A program made the position numbers and the translations under genes. Shown here piece by piece: positions 16,901 to 24,168 of a stretch of DNA of 25,892 nucleotides. Under the pieces are notes generated by a model. The model had not been told where the DNA came from. It did not search any database and was given only the letters and a program-made list of their open reading frames with translations. The stretch lies in the IMG/VR virus record IMGVR_UViG_3300037419_001020, positions 1-25,892 of that record, one strand, 5' to 3'. Origin of the DNA: a virus. Its lineage: Duplodnaviria > Caudoviricetes. Within the stretch, counting starts at the first letter, position 1. The number at the start of each line of letters is the position of its first letter.

Positions 16901-18538
16901 CCTCACTACAATAAAAAAGGTGGTTTGTTAAAAGATATATTCGGTATCGACAAAACAGATCATGGTTTACCTACTGATATTAACGGTTTGACAGACCAAT
17001 TCAGACCAGGAAAAACGTACTTTACTGCTGCTCAAAGACGAACAGGAGATAAAACAGCATACGGTGCATTAGAAGGGTTATCTAATTACATTGAAGGTGC
17101 TAGTAATCTGATTTACCATACAGACAATATTAAAAACATTCGTTCATTAGAAGATGCTATTCGTGAGAAATTCGGTTCTTCTGATGCTATGGATAATGTT
17201 GCAGCTTACTTACGTAACTACGGTGACCAAATGGCTGGTAAAAAAGGTAGGTTGGATCGTGGTGCTGAAGAATTATTCGGAAGAACAATGTATAACACTG
17301 CTAAAACGTTACAATCTAACATCGGAAAAGCAATGGTTGGTGGGAATGTCAATTCTGCTTTATCTGGTTTAATCCCTATTACAACAGCAGCAGCTACGAC
17401 AAGTAAGAAAGCATTAGCACAAGGATTAAAAGATACAATTGCAGCAGTCGTTAAAGATGATGGATTTAAAACACCTTTCATGATTCGTCGTATGGGTGCA
17501 GATCCTCTATATATGAACAAATGGGAAAAAGCATCTGACAAAGCTTTCTGGATGATGAAACAAGTAGATAACTTTGCTACTAACTTTATTGTTCGCTCAA
17601 AATACAGAGAGTTAATTAATAAAGGTTCATCACACGAAGCAGCAGTAAAAGGTGCTGATAACTACGCAGCAAAAGTAATGGCTGACCGTTCGAAAGGTCA
17701 ACAACCTTTGTTATTCAATCAACGTACATTAGGACCAATCACACAGTTCCAATTAGAGGTTAATAACCAATTAAGCCATATAATAAAGGATATTCCTGAA
17801 ATGGCTGGTGAAAATGCTAAAAGTAGAAAAGGTAAAATCCTTAGAACTTCAGCGATTTACGGACAATTAGCGTTATACGGTTGGTTATACAACAATCTAA
17901 GTCAAAAAGTAACTGGTAGAAGAACTGCTTTTGATCCAATTAAGTATGCTCAACAATTCCACGAAGGAAATAGCATTGAAGGTTCTAAAGGGATTCTAGG
18001 ACAAATTCCTGGAACTGGAATGGTAGTGGATGGTAGAACACCAGTAAGTGCAACATTACCAGATGTACCAGGTGCTATTCAACGTGTTCAACAATCAGAA
18101 GGTGGATTAAGTGATGTTTTAAAAGAAGTAGGTAAAGCAGGGTTACAAGGCGCTCCTTATTTAGCAGGTGTACCCGGATATGGTCAAGCTAAAAAGAGTT
18201 ATGAAGGGATTAAAGCGACTGATAAAAAAGGTTCTTATACAGATAGTGGTATGTTGCGTTACCCAATTGAAGTAAACCCTTTAAAAGCTGCTCAATTAGG
18301 TATATTCGGTCAGTATTCACCTAAAGAAGCTCAAAAATACTTTGATGAAGGTAGAAAACCATTAAGTGGTAAGCGTACTGCTAAAGTCGATTCAGCACAA
18401 GATAGACAAAAGGCTTATATAGATGTTTTGATCGACAGTGCAAACGCTAAAATCAAACGTAATAAAGGAAATGCAGAAAAGTTAAAAAAATTAAATGCTG
18501 ATTTAAAACAACTTAAACAAGAGAAAAAACAATTATAA
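13925..18538 (+). CDS. Giant putative DNA-ejection / internal virion protein (large polyvalent-like)
   Basis: 1537 aa, Lys-rich and helical; LDPTNIVGAG, KDYFPH motif, Gly-rich C-terminal region; last structural gene before lysis. Start TTG 13925 or ATG 13928 (RBS AGAGGTG). Confidence 0.7.
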   Translation: MMGWEKDLYGTVYKSQKTKDAAAKRKATNDAKKQREADAYDRAFTSGVQSYAKQNNMTYSQDMKDAMATYYNTKENHEKFVQDSVNESKRRNKAELKSYASFAANPDNQSKIDEYNQAKKKMGMQPDNMVTQKKYDQMFGYDTKKGVDNGMFNRYQEYKTSKDLKVNHNDKTTQKGGLSFGKTLDKFVSKGLSGANNFVDEYAPGVKKDIKSIIKSKPGQTVVKGLDTLDRYTTGIMRNIADTNIKDLNETQKYIDEQKKKGKKLSLFPNSKNEYSLKTQSVEDLKKFVKKEATDSIDNKRRADLVDVNKNAGISTGSKYGDKALAFIQENTLDPTNIVGAGLVKTGLKALKGVSKAGKVVEEADLIKNVAENGVKKSDAKKVLEAVNKIAEKNKANELPNINTLPKNYEGLYLIKDEYPMQTKIELQKANEAIKKGDIQPNKVEDTIEDIKAAQNTALTDRQRNLQNIKLPNGKIEVQPTIKKSLADLMGKKEKAINPKDLEAEKQQLELIHQADKEQFAKQNSDVIQGISETRQKALSDLSKQEMEWEGHQAATKQYDDIMKKVGGRLNIPKDNHADFATQLGKHMYSAKGKGKGDDIYKVAEDLGFNNPDELIQSLNNGYASKQIVKAGRNKFVTTKDLGDPDPQTILDEMHSQTESSRQIQKDISNLSQLPIKQELAKTNQSNKLLNYLSNQKKSTALKEAVQQARKTGNTKGLVKHADDIIKDLESKGVDDEEINTLKEELKGLKLNLQTFAGKPEELEKLLNRVETVNKRIGDRVKNGYFPNKIKQDQLKFEHGEIASPNTDKAITSVNDAYTPEIQNEQVMNFETGQVEPKKLTQSEEFKARSENIVNDFSDSFKNPGSFSLYRETPERNFDKIFPENAQEMKDAYLEPTKKAETERINFKNNINEQVKKMYKDLKISKKDDELIQEYGEGKISLDELKSRTDNWKNVEPAVTWYRNLYDQTLEQINSSLVRNDYNPIPKRKDYFPHYNKKGGLLKDIFGIDKTDHGLPTDINGLTDQFRPGKTYFTAAQRRTGDKTAYGALEGLSNYIEGASNLIYHTDNIKNIRSLEDAIREKFGSSDAMDNVAAYLRNYGDQMAGKKGRLDRGAEELFGRTMYNTAKTLQSNIGKAMVGGNVNSALSGLIPITTAAATTSKKALAQGLKDTIAAVVKDDGFKTPFMIRRMGADPLYMNKWEKASDKAFWMMKQVDNFATNFIVRSKYRELINKGSSHEAAVKGADNYAAKVMADRSKGQQPLLFNQRTLGPITQFQLEVNNQLSHIIKDIPEMAGENAKSRKGKILRTSAIYGQLALYGWLYNNLSQKVTGRRTAFDPIKYAQQFHEGNSIEGSKGILGQIPGTGMVVDGRTPVSATLPDVPGAIQRVQQSEGGLSDVLKEVGKAGLQGAPYLAGVPGYGQAKKSYEGIKATDKKGSYTDSGMLRYPIEVNPLKAAQLGIFGQYSPKEAQKYFDEGRKPLSGKRTAKVDSAQDRQKAYIDVLIDSANAKIKRNKGNAEKLKKLNADLKQLKQEKKQL

Positions 18539-18563
18539 AGTGTTTTATTTTGGGTATATGTCA

Positions 18564-18569
18564 TATAAT
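18564..18569 (+). promoter_or_regulatory. Possible sigma-A -10 box for the small membrane gene
   Basis: Perfect TATAAT 30 nt upstream of ATG 18599; no convincing -35. Confidence 0.4.
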
Positions 18570-18598
18570 GGTAAATAAACGCTAAAACAGGAGTGGTT

Positions 18599-18838
18599 AT
18601 GTTGGAGTGGGTAGAAGCTATCCTTTATATGATTGGTAAATACTTTGTATTAATTGCTTTAATTCCTATTGTTTTAATTATTGGTTCATTAATTATTTAT
18701 CCTTTTGAAACAATTAATGAGAAAATCTTTAAAAAAGTTGATGATCCAAATGGAAACAAAATTACTCAATGGTTGCTAGTAATTGCTTCACTTGTAGTAA
18801 CAGCAATACCAATTATTATAGTGATTTATTTATTTTAG
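18599..18838 (+). CDS. Small two-helix membrane protein, moron-like
   Basis: Two hydrophobic segments separated by a charged loop; RBS AGGAG 18589-18593 favours ATG 18599; followed by a terminator. Confidence 0.75.
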   Translation: MLEWVEAILYMIGKYFVLIALIPIVLIIGSLIIYPFETINEKIFKKVDDPNGNKITQWLLVIASLVVTAIPIIIVIYLF

Positions 18839-18870
18839 AGCTGACTCTTTCGAGTTGGCTCTTTTATTTT
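18837..18870 (+). terminator. Rho-independent terminator
   Basis: AGAGCTGACTC-TTTC-GAGTTGGCTCT followed by TTTATTTT. Confidence 0.85.
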
Positions 18871-18890
18871 GACTAAAAAGGAGTGGAACA

Positions 18891-19268
18891 ATGGATATCA
18901 TTTCATTATTACCAAAACTAATACAAACGGCTTTAGTGTTTTATTTCTTAGTAAAAATTTTAGATTTCATCACAGGGTTATTAAAAACCTGGAAAGGTGT
19001 TTCTCCATATAAATCAAGACTTATGAGGGATGGAATTATTCGATGGATCGGTGAACTAGTCGGAATTGTTTTTGTACTAGCACTCGATATTGTACTAGGG
19101 CTTAACTTTTACTTAACAGGCTTTACATTAGCTTTATTCATCTATAAAGAAGGTGGAAGTATTGTGGAGAATTTAAGAGCAGTTGGTGTTGTACTTCCTT
19201 CGCAAGTAGAGGACAAATTAAAATCATTTGATAAAGGAGAGGTTACAAATGACAACATGGAAAAATGA
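18891..19268 (+). CDS. Holin (toxin secretion/phage lysis holin family)
   Basis: LDFITGLLK...SRLMRDGIIR and EGGSIVENL...GV.LP motifs, three hydrophobic segments, overlaps endolysin start. Confidence 0.92.
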   Translation: MDIISLLPKLIQTALVFYFLVKILDFITGLLKTWKGVSPYKSRLMRDGIIRWIGELVGIVFVLALDIVLGLNFYLTGFTLALFIYKEGGSIVENLRAVGVVLPSQVEDKLKSFDKGEVTNDNMEK

Positions 19269-20061
19269 CTTTGTTATTAAAAATAAGTTTTCTAGACCAG
19301 GACTTTTATTAAAAGGTGTTAAAAAGATCGTTTTACATTGGACTGCTACACCAGGGGCTACAGATGAAAGAGAAAAACTATTCTTTGATGGTGTTGATGG
19401 TGGTGGTGGTCGTTACGCTTCAGCCCACTTATTTGTAGATAGTGACAGTGCTACTTGTATGATTCCGTTAAATGAAGTAGCTTATCATGCTAATGATGTA
19501 TATGAAAGAAATAAAGATGGTTCAGCTTATAGAGGTGTTAAAGAAATTGCGCCTAATGCGAACTATTATTCAATCGGTATTGAAATGTGCGTTGAAAAAG
19601 ATGGTACAATCTCATCTGAAACAATCAAAAGAACAGTAGATGTTGCTGCTGAACTTTGTAATATGTATAAATTAACTGAAAATGACATTGTAAGACACTA
19701 TGATGTTACACATAAACCATGCCCTGCTCCATTTATAGGTGATGGTTCAGTGAAATTCGAGGACTTCAAAAAACAAGTAGGATTGATCTTGAATCCACCT
19801 GTTAAAGAAGAAGTAAAACCTGTTGCAACTAAACCAGTTGAAAAACCTGTAGTTAAACCAAAATCTCCTGTTTATCCTGGAGATATTTTAAACGTAGGTT
19901 CAAGAGGAAATAGCGTTAAATTAGTTCAAGCAAAAGTTGGAGTTAAAGCAGATGGAATTTTTGGACCAATGACAGAAAAAGCAGTTAAGATCTTCCAGAA
20001 GAAAAATGGTTTATCAGCAGATGGGAAAGTTGGTCCTAAAACATGGGCTAAACTATTCTAA
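19249..20061 (+). CDS. Endolysin: N-acetylmuramoyl-L-alanine amidase (Amidase_2) plus peptidoglycan-binding domain
   Basis: IVLHWTA, SAHLFV, SIGIEM, RHYDVTHKPCP; KPV-rich linker; DGIFGPMTEKAVKIFQ..GLSADGKVGPKTW. Start ATG 19249 after AAGGAGAGG. Confidence 0.95.
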   Translation: MTTWKNDFVIKNKFSRPGLLLKGVKKIVLHWTATPGATDEREKLFFDGVDGGGGRYASAHLFVDSDSATCMIPLNEVAYHANDVYERNKDGSAYRGVKEIAPNANYYSIGIEMCVEKDGTISSETIKRTVDVAAELCNMYKLTENDIVRHYDVTHKPCPAPFIGDGSVKFEDFKKQVGLILNPPVKEEVKPVATKPVEKPVVKPKSPVYPGDILNVGSRGNSVKLVQAKVGVKADGIFGPMTEKAVKIFQKKNGLSADGKVGPKTWAKLF

Positions 20062-20064
20062 ATG

Positions 20065-20099
20065 AAAATCCCTCCTTTAATTAGGAGGGTTCTTTTTTT
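20065..20099. terminator. Bidirectional terminator between convergent genes
   Basis: AAAAT-CCCTCCT-TTAATT-AGGAGGG-TTCTTTTTT. Confidence 0.85.
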
Positions 20100-20577
20100 A
20101 TGTGTGTAATTGTCTAATCAACTCATTACCATCTATTAAGGTAATATTCGTCTTATTCGCATACTCTAACGCATCTTTCGTGAATCCAGATGAAGTAATG
20201 AAATATCCTCGTTTCACACGATCTGCAAGCATAGCTCCATTTAATTTCTGTATAGCCGGCCGGCCAACATTCCCTTTCCAATGTTTCACTTCTACATAAA
20301 TCTTTTCTTTTCCATCATAAGCAATAATATCTTTTCCCCCATCTTTACTTGCTTTTGTCACCTGGGTTTTAAATTCTCTTGTTATTTGCAAAAATGCAGC
20401 TACATAAAATTCAAAATCCCTTGGAGTCATATTGTAAAAACGTTGTCTTTCTTTAAATACTTTTAATTGATTCCATTCTAATTTTCTTTCTTTCACTAAA
20501 TACTTATTATTTATCTTAATAACGATTATTCCGAATAAAAGGAAACCGATTATTGTATATGCTGCTAACATCTCCAT
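20098..20577 (-). CDS. Mrr-type (PD-(D/E)XK) restriction-endonuclease-domain protein with N-terminal TM helix
   Basis: DFEFYVA, SKDGGKDII, YVEVKHW, VGRPAIQKL, FITSSGFT, LIDGNEL motifs of Mrr_cat; hydrophobic residues 4-22. Confidence 0.88.
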   Translation of the reverse strand: MEMLAAYTIIGFLLFGIIVIKINNKYLVKERKLEWNQLKVFKERQRFYNMTPRDFEFYVAAFLQITREFKTQVTKASKDGGKDIIAYDGKEKIYVEVKHWKGNVGRPAIQKLNGAMLADRVKRGYFITSSGFTKDALEYANKTNITLIDGNELIRQLHT

Positions 20578-20603
20578 AAGATCACCTCAAATGAAGTATT
20601 CCC

Positions 20604-20810
20604 CTATTCCTCATCAAAATACCATATATCTTCTACTTTTAAATCCAATTTCCGAGAAATCTTCATAGCTACTTGTAAAGTTGGTGTTCTTTCTTCTTTG
20701 ATAATTAGCGTTAATGTCGCATGAGTAATACCTACTTTTTTAGCGAATTCACCTTTTTTTATCTTTCTTTCTGCAAGGATCATTCTTAATTTATTCTTCA
20801 TTTTCATCAC
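20604..20810 (-). CDS. XRE/Cro-family HTH transcriptional regulator
   Basis: MKNKLRMILAER..EFAKKVGIT..TL......PTLQVAMKIS..L...VEDIW. True start probably 20807 or 20801. Confidence 0.92.
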   Translation of the reverse strand: MMKMKNKLRMILAERKIKKGEFAKKVGITHATLTLIIKEERTPTLQVAMKISRKLDLKVEDIWYFDEE

Positions 20811-20971
20811 CTAACAATAACTTTCTATATAAAAACTGATTGTCCTGTTAAAAAAATAAAACGGTACGTGCAATATTAGGCTGATACCTACATACGATTA
20901 ATTAAACGACAAATAAAACGAATTCACTCAAGACTTCGCAAGCGTTCTGACAAATTGAGAGGAGTGAAGGT

Positions 20972-21301
20972 ATGAGAGGTTATTATGGAATGTTATATCA
21001 AACACCTTACTTATACAGTTCTGGTGCATTAGAAAGATACTTTAAACACGCTCAAGACGAGGATGAAGTTAAAGCAATCCAACACCATATGCAAAGACAT
21101 GAAGTGTATGATGATCCATCTTATGAAGGGTTTATGAAAGTAACTAAGCTGATTCAGAAAGATCAGTTTCAGGAATATGAAACAGATTGGGATGAATTAG
21201 AAACAATGTTTACACCTTATGTCCAGTGGGATGGAACAGTCAGATTAAGACCAAATCGCTATGCAGGGAAAAATGCTTTGATTGAAAGTGAGGAGTTTTG
21301 A
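20972..21301 (+). CDS. Hypothetical protein
   Basis: Strong RBS GAGAGGAG; first gene of a translationally coupled operon. Confidence 0.75.
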   Translation: MRGYYGMLYQTPYLYSSGALERYFKHAQDEDEVKAIQHHMQRHEVYDDPSYEGFMKVTKLIQKDQFQEYETDWDELETMFTPYVQWDGTVRLRPNRYAGKNALIESEEF

Positions 21302-21483
21302 TGGACCATTTAAAACAAACAATTGAGTATATGCAGAAAGTGAAAATGGTTTTTAAAGATCATCATGATTGTTTAGGACTAAGTGAAGAAGAATCAGAGG
21401 ATTTATATAATTCAAGCTCATTTAGCACAGTTGAAAAATGGTTAATCAAACAAGGGTACGACATAGAAGGGTATGGTGAGTGA
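21298..21483 (+). CDS. Hypothetical protein
   Basis: RBS GAGGAG; overlaps both neighbours (start TTG 21298 or ATG 21301). Confidence 0.7.
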   Translation: MMDHLKQTIEYMQKVKMVFKDHHDCLGLSEEESEDLYNSSSFSTVEKWLIKQGYDIEGYGE

Positions 21484-21776
21484 TGAAAACTGAAACAATT
21501 CCTTTTCGTGAATTTATGGATGGATCATGGAAGAAACCTAAAGCTGCAAATTTACTTCCTGCTTTTGCTTTTGTACCAAATGAGCCTACAACTTTCCTGG
21601 TAACCATGGTTGGCATAGGTCTAGTTGTCTTAATCGCTGAACATTGTTTACAAGATACTGATTACGCTGACAAGATCCGTATATTTAGAACTCGATATGT
21701 TAAATATGTATTCCCTGCAAGTGTCGTGGCTACTGGTGCTTATGTATTCGTTAAGATCGTAAATATCTTAATTTAA
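21480..21776 (+). CDS. Small membrane protein preceding FtsK-like gene
   Basis: KTETIPFREFM N-terminus and two hydrophobic segments; start GTG 21480 or ATG 21483. Confidence 0.75.
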   Translation: MMKTETIPFREFMDGSWKKPKAANLLPAFAFVPNEPTTFLVTMVGIGLVVLIAEHCLQDTDYADKIRIFRTRYVKYVFPASVVATGAYVFVKIVNILI

Positions 21777-21916
21777 TCTATTCGTTTTACCTATTCGATT
21801 TTAATTTCCTGAGGTGTATAGCTATCACGAATATTGCTTTTATTGATACATTAACATTAATTCTATTTACTAACTATTCGTTTGTTGGGTAGCTATCCTT
21901 ATAGGATATATAAGGA

Positions 21917-23200
21917 GTGATTATTATTTTATTTACTTCTATTGTTTCCTCATCTATTGTTGTTGGTCTGGGTGCTTCAGTTGGGTTGATAAAACCTAAA
22001 TCAAATGATAAGAAAACGATTAAGCGATTATTCGAAATAGCAAAGCTTTGTGTAAAAGAAAAAGACATCATTAAATATCCAACATTCAAAAAGTCTGTAC
22101 CAAATGTGAACCATATATCTTATTTCTATAGACTACCTTTAGGGATTCCATCTAAATTAATTATTGATTTCCAAGAGATTTTATCAGAAGGATTAAATAA
22201 ACCTGTAGTGATTGACTTTACGAATTATCAACTTGAAGTAAAAGTATTTCACAATGAATTGATTAAAGATTATAAATGGAACAAAAATGTATTAAAACCT
22301 AATTCTTATGAGGTGTTTATTGGTAAGTCATTAACTGAAGATATTTATCATGATTTTGATTCAAGTCCTCACATCGTTATTGGTGGTGGTACTGGATATG
22401 GGAAAACAGTACTACTCAAATTAATCTTCACTGAATTAATTTTACAAAATCCAGATGATATTGAGTTTTACATTATTGATTTGAAAGAACAATTAGAATT
22501 TTTTAGATACAAAAACCTTAAACAAGTAAAAGATATTGCAGGTAATCCTGGTGAAGTATTTGAATTATTAACTGGATTAGTTACAGATATGTTTAAAACG
22601 ATTGATAAATTGAAAACAAATGGCTTTGAAACAAACATTAAAGATGTAAGTAGAAAAAGAAAATTTATTATTGTCGATGAAGCAGCAGAACTCGCACCTC
22701 ATGGAGAGCCAAAAATGAAAAGGTTATTATTTGAGTGTCAATTTATGTTAAGTGAAATAGCAAGGTTAGGTCGTGCAGTTGGATATAGATTAATTTTCGC
22801 CACTCAATACCCAACTAGCGACACATTACCAAGACAAATCAAACAAAACGCTGACTGTCGAATCGGTTTAAGATTACCAACTTATACAGGTAGCGAAGTT
22901 GTAATTGATGAAAAAGGATTAGAAAAGTTGCCTTATAAATTACCTGGTAGAGCGATCATGAAAACAGATAAGAAAACAGAACTACAGATACCAAACATAA
23001 AAGACAGTACCGTTTGGGAGGTTTTAAAGGGTTATGAAGAAGAAAAACGGAGAGAGAATAGAACAAATACTACAAAGTCTAAAAACACTGAAATTCGCAA
23101 CGAGAAGGCAGTTACAAGGGATTCACAGTCTAGGGGGGATAAGAAACGCTCAAAGACTACTGAAAAGCCTAGTGGAGATGGAATTATTATCAGTGACTAA
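21917..23200 (+). CDS. FtsK/SpoIIIE-family ATPase with N-terminal TM helix
   Basis: PHIVIGGGTGYGKT Walker A, IIDLK, IIVDEAAEL Walker B, ARLGRAVG..LIFATQYP, LPGRAI. Start codon uncertain. Confidence 0.93.
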   Translation: MIIILFTSIVSSSIVVGLGASVGLIKPKSNDKKTIKRLFEIAKLCVKEKDIIKYPTFKKSVPNVNHISYFYRLPLGIPSKLIIDFQEILSEGLNKPVVIDFTNYQLEVKVFHNELIKDYKWNKNVLKPNSYEVFIGKSLTEDIYHDFDSSPHIVIGGGTGYGKTVLLKLIFTELILQNPDDIEFYIIDLKEQLEFFRYKNLKQVKDIAGNPGEVFELLTGLVTDMFKTIDKLKTNGFETNIKDVSRKRKFIIVDEAAELAPHGEPKMKRLLFECQFMLSEIARLGRAVGYRLIFATQYPTSDTLPRQIKQNADCRIGLRLPTYTGSEVVIDEKGLEKLPYKLPGRAIMKTDKKTELQIPNIKDSTVWEVLKGYEEEKRRENRTNTTKSKNTEIRNEKAVTRDSQSRGDKKRSKTTEKPSGDGIIISD

Positions 23201-23636
23201 ATGGGGGAATGAACACGTTTATTATTTATCTAAAAATGGTGCTTCTTATGTTGGTACTAATCCAATGAAGAAAAGTATTCAAATAGATCATCACTTATTA
23301 AGAAATGAAGCGTGGATGATGAGTGGACTTCCAAAATGGGATATAGAAAAACCAATTATTTTTTCAAAAGATGGAGAAAAGAAACAGATTATACCAGATG
23401 CAAGATATAAAACAGATACGCTTAATTGTATTGAAATTGATCGTAAGCAGAGCATGGTTCGAAATAGAAAGAAAATGGAGTTATACGGAAAATTAAATGA
23501 GTTATTTCAAATTAAAAACAATAAAAAAATTATCCTTAAAATCTTTACTACATTGAATTCAAGGAAAATCCTATTTGAGAACTTAGCAGGGGAACAAGGT
23601 TTAGTATGTGAAGTTTATGTAATTGAAGATGTATAG
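23034..23636 (+). CDS. Replication-relaxation family protein (wHTH plus PD-(D/E)XK-like domain)
   Basis: LKFATRRQLQ..H, YYLSKNG, DHHLLRNE, IIPDA, CIEIDR motifs; adjacent to FtsK-like gene. Confidence 0.82.
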   Translation: MKKKNGERIEQILQSLKTLKFATRRQLQGIHSLGGIRNAQRLLKSLVEMELLSVTKWGNEHVYYLSKNGASYVGTNPMKKSIQIDHHLLRNEAWMMSGLPKWDIEKPIIFSKDGEKKQIIPDARYKTDTLNCIEIDRKQSMVRNRKKMELYGKLNELFQIKNNKKIILKIFTTLNSRKILFENLAGEQGLVCEVYVIEDV

Positions 23637-23645
23637 GAGGTTATT

Positions 23646-23897
23646 ATGAATTATCAATCTGAAATCATTAAAAAGAATCCTGTTATGGTAAACGGTCAAT
23701 TTGGAGTGTATTCATATGTTGCGAAACTAAACAAACAGAAAAGAACAGGAGTTGCAGCGAGTAAAGTTGTTCAATTAAAAATTTTATGTGGTGGTGAAAC
23801 ATTAGTACATTATGACAATGGTTGGGTGAAAGGTGATCGGTATTTTAGTTTGTATCAACCGTTAGTCGAACATTTAAACAAATTAAAAATGAAATAG
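23646..23897 (+). CDS. Hypothetical protein
   Basis: RBS AGGAGG; LVHYDNGW motif; no confident family. Confidence 0.75.
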   Translation: MNYQSEIIKKNPVMVNGQFGVYSYVAKLNKQKRTGVAASKVVQLKILCGGETLVHYDNGWVKGDRYFSLYQPLVEHLNKLKMK

Positions 23898-23907
23898 GAG
23901 GGTTATT

Positions 23908-24108
23908 ATGTTATCTGAAGAAAGAACAGCTTGTTTATCTATACTAAATATGGATTTTAAAAAAGGTGATGAATTAAAATTTAGATTGTACGATGGAGAA
24001 ATAATTGAAGGTCGATTCTTCCGTTACATTTACAAAGGCTTTGTCGTTAAGGATAAAGGTGAGTTTAAAAGAGTAAGATGTTTAGATGTTGAATACTTTA
24101 TAGTCTAG
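23908..24108 (+). CDS. Small beta-barrel protein, possibly YolD-like
   Basis: RBS AGGAGG; LKFRLYDGEIIEG...RVRCLDV pattern suggests an SH3/Sm-like fold; family call tentative. Confidence 0.55.
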   Translation: MLSEERTACLSILNMDFKKGDELKFRLYDGEIIEGRFFRYIYKGFVVKDKGEFKRVRCLDVEYFIV

Positions 24109-24168
24109 TTATGTCTATTAAGAAGTATAAATTGTCATGATTAGTAATAAGCCAAACAAAAAAGGGCA

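Noticed and set aside
13925-18538. Tape measure protein
   Set aside because: No upstream tail tube or chaperone genes and no downstream Dit/Tal; composition and position fit a podoviral internal protein better.
23634-23910. Repeated TAGGAGG(G)TTATTATG before two small genes
   Set aside because: Explained by stop codon plus RBS plus start; too short to imply a cassette-recombination system.
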